Below are positions 62,588 to 64,000 of a stretch of DNA of 64,000 nucleotides, in pieces. Each line of letters begins with the position of its first letter. The first letter of the stretch is position 1. The stretch comes from Gammaproteobacteria bacterium. GTDB lineage: Bacteria; Pseudomonadota; Gammaproteobacteria; CAJXQU01. Made by a program: the position numbers and the translations under genes. Below the pieces are notes generated by a model. That model did not search any database and had not been told where the DNA came from. It saw nothing but the letters and a program-made list of their open reading frames with translations. The DNA is taken from assembly GCA_965238175.1 (NCBI GenBank), contig CBDEGZ010000003.1, positions 1,536,001 to 1,600,000 of the forward strand. Direction: 5' to 3'.

Positions 62588-62603
62588 TGGCACGACATAT
62601 GCA
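62588..62603 (+). promoter_or_regulatory. Putative sigma54 promoter
   Basis: TGGCACGACATATGCA gives GG-N10-GC at the correct spacing, ~80 bp before ATG 62682. Confidence 0.55.
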
Positions 62604-62681
62604 ATTACTACTTTGATAATGAGTTGAAAAAACTTGTTGTCTCGATCTATAGGGATCTTTAGATTAGAAAGGAGGCATACA

Positions 62682-63830
62682 ATGGACTACAGAACGTCAG
62701 TCACACCTGCTAAGACATCACAATCGTGGATGTCTTGTCTCTCACTCGGCTTGCTACTTTTTCTACAAACCATTCCATCTCAAGCTGAAAATTTAGCCGG
62801 AAATTTATTTGATCCGCCCGGTAAAATGGTCGATGTCGGTGGCTATTCTTTACATTTAAATTGTGTGGGTCGTGGTTCGCCGACGGTGATTTTGGAAACA
62901 GGCTTAGGCGGGATGTCTGTAGAATGGTATTCAATTCAGCACCAACTTAAGCAGCATACAAAAATATGTGCTTATGATCGGGCCGGTTACGGCTGGAGCG
63001 AAACAAGTAGCCAACCAAGGACGACGGAAAATATCGTTCATGAATTACACACGCTTTTGCATGTTGCAAATATTCCAGGGCCTTATGTTTTAGTTGGTCA
63101 TTCTTTTGGTGGTTATACCGTCCAGCATTTTGCTAGTCTTTATCCACAAGAAACTGCTGGAGTTGTTTTGGTTGATGCATCTCATCCAGAGCAAGTCGAT
63201 CGTTTTAAAAAGATTGGTTTGATCGTTGCGCCAACCAGAAAGGTAACGCATATCAAATTTAACAAACCACGCCTTCCTGCACATTATCCAGTAGACATGC
63301 GATATATCGCGCTACAGCAAATGCAAGATAGTAATACGATGAATGCTATTGCTGAAGAATATATTCATTTCAAACAAAGTGCACAGCAGGTGGCCAACTC
63401 TATGTCATTAAAATCCACGCCGATGATCGTCTTAACAAGAGGTATTCCGGGGTGGCAACGTATACGGCATGGGCGAAAATTTGAGCAGCTCTGGCAAAAA
63501 TTACAATCTGAGCTGACCGATCTCAGTTCTAGATCTTCACATCTTGTGGCAAATAAAAGCGGTCATCATATTCATTTAGATCAACCCGATTTGACCGTTG
63601 CGACTATAAGCAGGTTGGTTGAATTAGCCCGCAATAAGCAACGTAGTAAATGGGTAGAAATAAATCATAGCAGTAATAAAAGTATTCGCTGGTTAGCTAT
63701 GAAAGATGTTAGATGGCAACGTGACAGGTTAAGAACACGTTTACATGAGTGGCCTGTTTTTGATCCGAATTCTCGTCAAAACAAACTGTCTGCCAGTGAG
63801 TTAATGGTAAGTAATTACAGTAAATTTTGA
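62682..63830 (+). CDS. Secreted alpha/beta hydrolase
   Basis: AGGAGG RBS; signal peptide; YDRAGYGWS, VGHSFGG nucleophile elbow, SGHHIH; C-terminal extension. Confidence 0.88.
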   Translation: MDYRTSVTPAKTSQSWMSCLSLGLLLFLQTIPSQAENLAGNLFDPPGKMVDVGGYSLHLNCVGRGSPTVILETGLGGMSVEWYSIQHQLKQHTKICAYDRAGYGWSETSSQPRTTENIVHELHTLLHVANIPGPYVLVGHSFGGYTVQHFASLYPQETAGVVLVDASHPEQVDRFKKIGLIVAPTRKVTHIKFNKPRLPAHYPVDMRYIALQQMQDSNTMNAIAEEYIHFKQSAQQVANSMSLKSTPMIVLTRGIPGWQRIRHGRKFEQLWQKLQSELTDLSSRSSHLVANKSGHHIHLDQPDLTVATISRLVELARNKQRSKWVEINHSSNKSIRWLAMKDVRWQRDRLRTRLHEWPVFDPNSRQNKLSASELMVSNYSKF

Positions 63831-63973
63831 TCAGGTAGCTATTGCTGAAAAATAGTTTGTGAAACATTAAGGTTTGTTATTAGTCGTTATTAATACTTCT
63901 TAATTGCATTAGAGGATAGATACGCTTTACTATTACTATGCAATACACATTAAAATAATAAAGAGGTAGTCAG

Positions 63974-64000
63974 ATGAAGTTCTTAACAATAGTGACAGTA
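63974..64000 (+). CDS. Start of a gene running off the window (signal-peptide-like)
   Basis: GAGG RBS then ATG, MKFLTIVTV. Confidence 0.35.

Overview
A ~40% GC gammaproteobacterial chromosomal segment, probably from a marine organism; methylotrophy is hinted at by an XoxJ/MxaJ-like gene but not proven. Housekeeping blocks include fabI, a peptide-type ABC operon, lepA-lepB-DUF4845-rnc-era-recO, pyrG-kdsA-eno-ftsB-ispD-ispF, ubiG-gph, leuCD, xerD, rpsF-rpsR-rplI-dnaB-alr-radA and an MTAP/MTIP phosphorylase. Three accessory zones interrupt them. (1) 15.8-19.3 kb holds two pseudoazurin paralogues (one lipid-tethered), a membrane-tethered XoxJ-like protein and a periplasmic hypothetical. (2) 26-42 kb holds an RnfD/UnbU-like membrane protein, integron-type cassettes with attC sites, a 1026-aa hydrazine-synthase-alpha-like heme protein, a decayed Rhs toxin/orphan immunity array, and an intact IS110-family (IS1111-type) element. 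The non-coding end of that IS carries visible guide segments matching its own reconstructed target and circle junction, as expected of a bridge/seek RNA. (3) 59-61.5 kb holds two gene cassettes associated with two copies of a ~140-bp attI-like module, with no integron integrase in the window. Also notable are a ribosomal protein S6 fused to an extra C-terminal domain and strong GATC over-representation in core genes but not in island DNA. All family assignments come from motif recognition by eye; no database searches were run.
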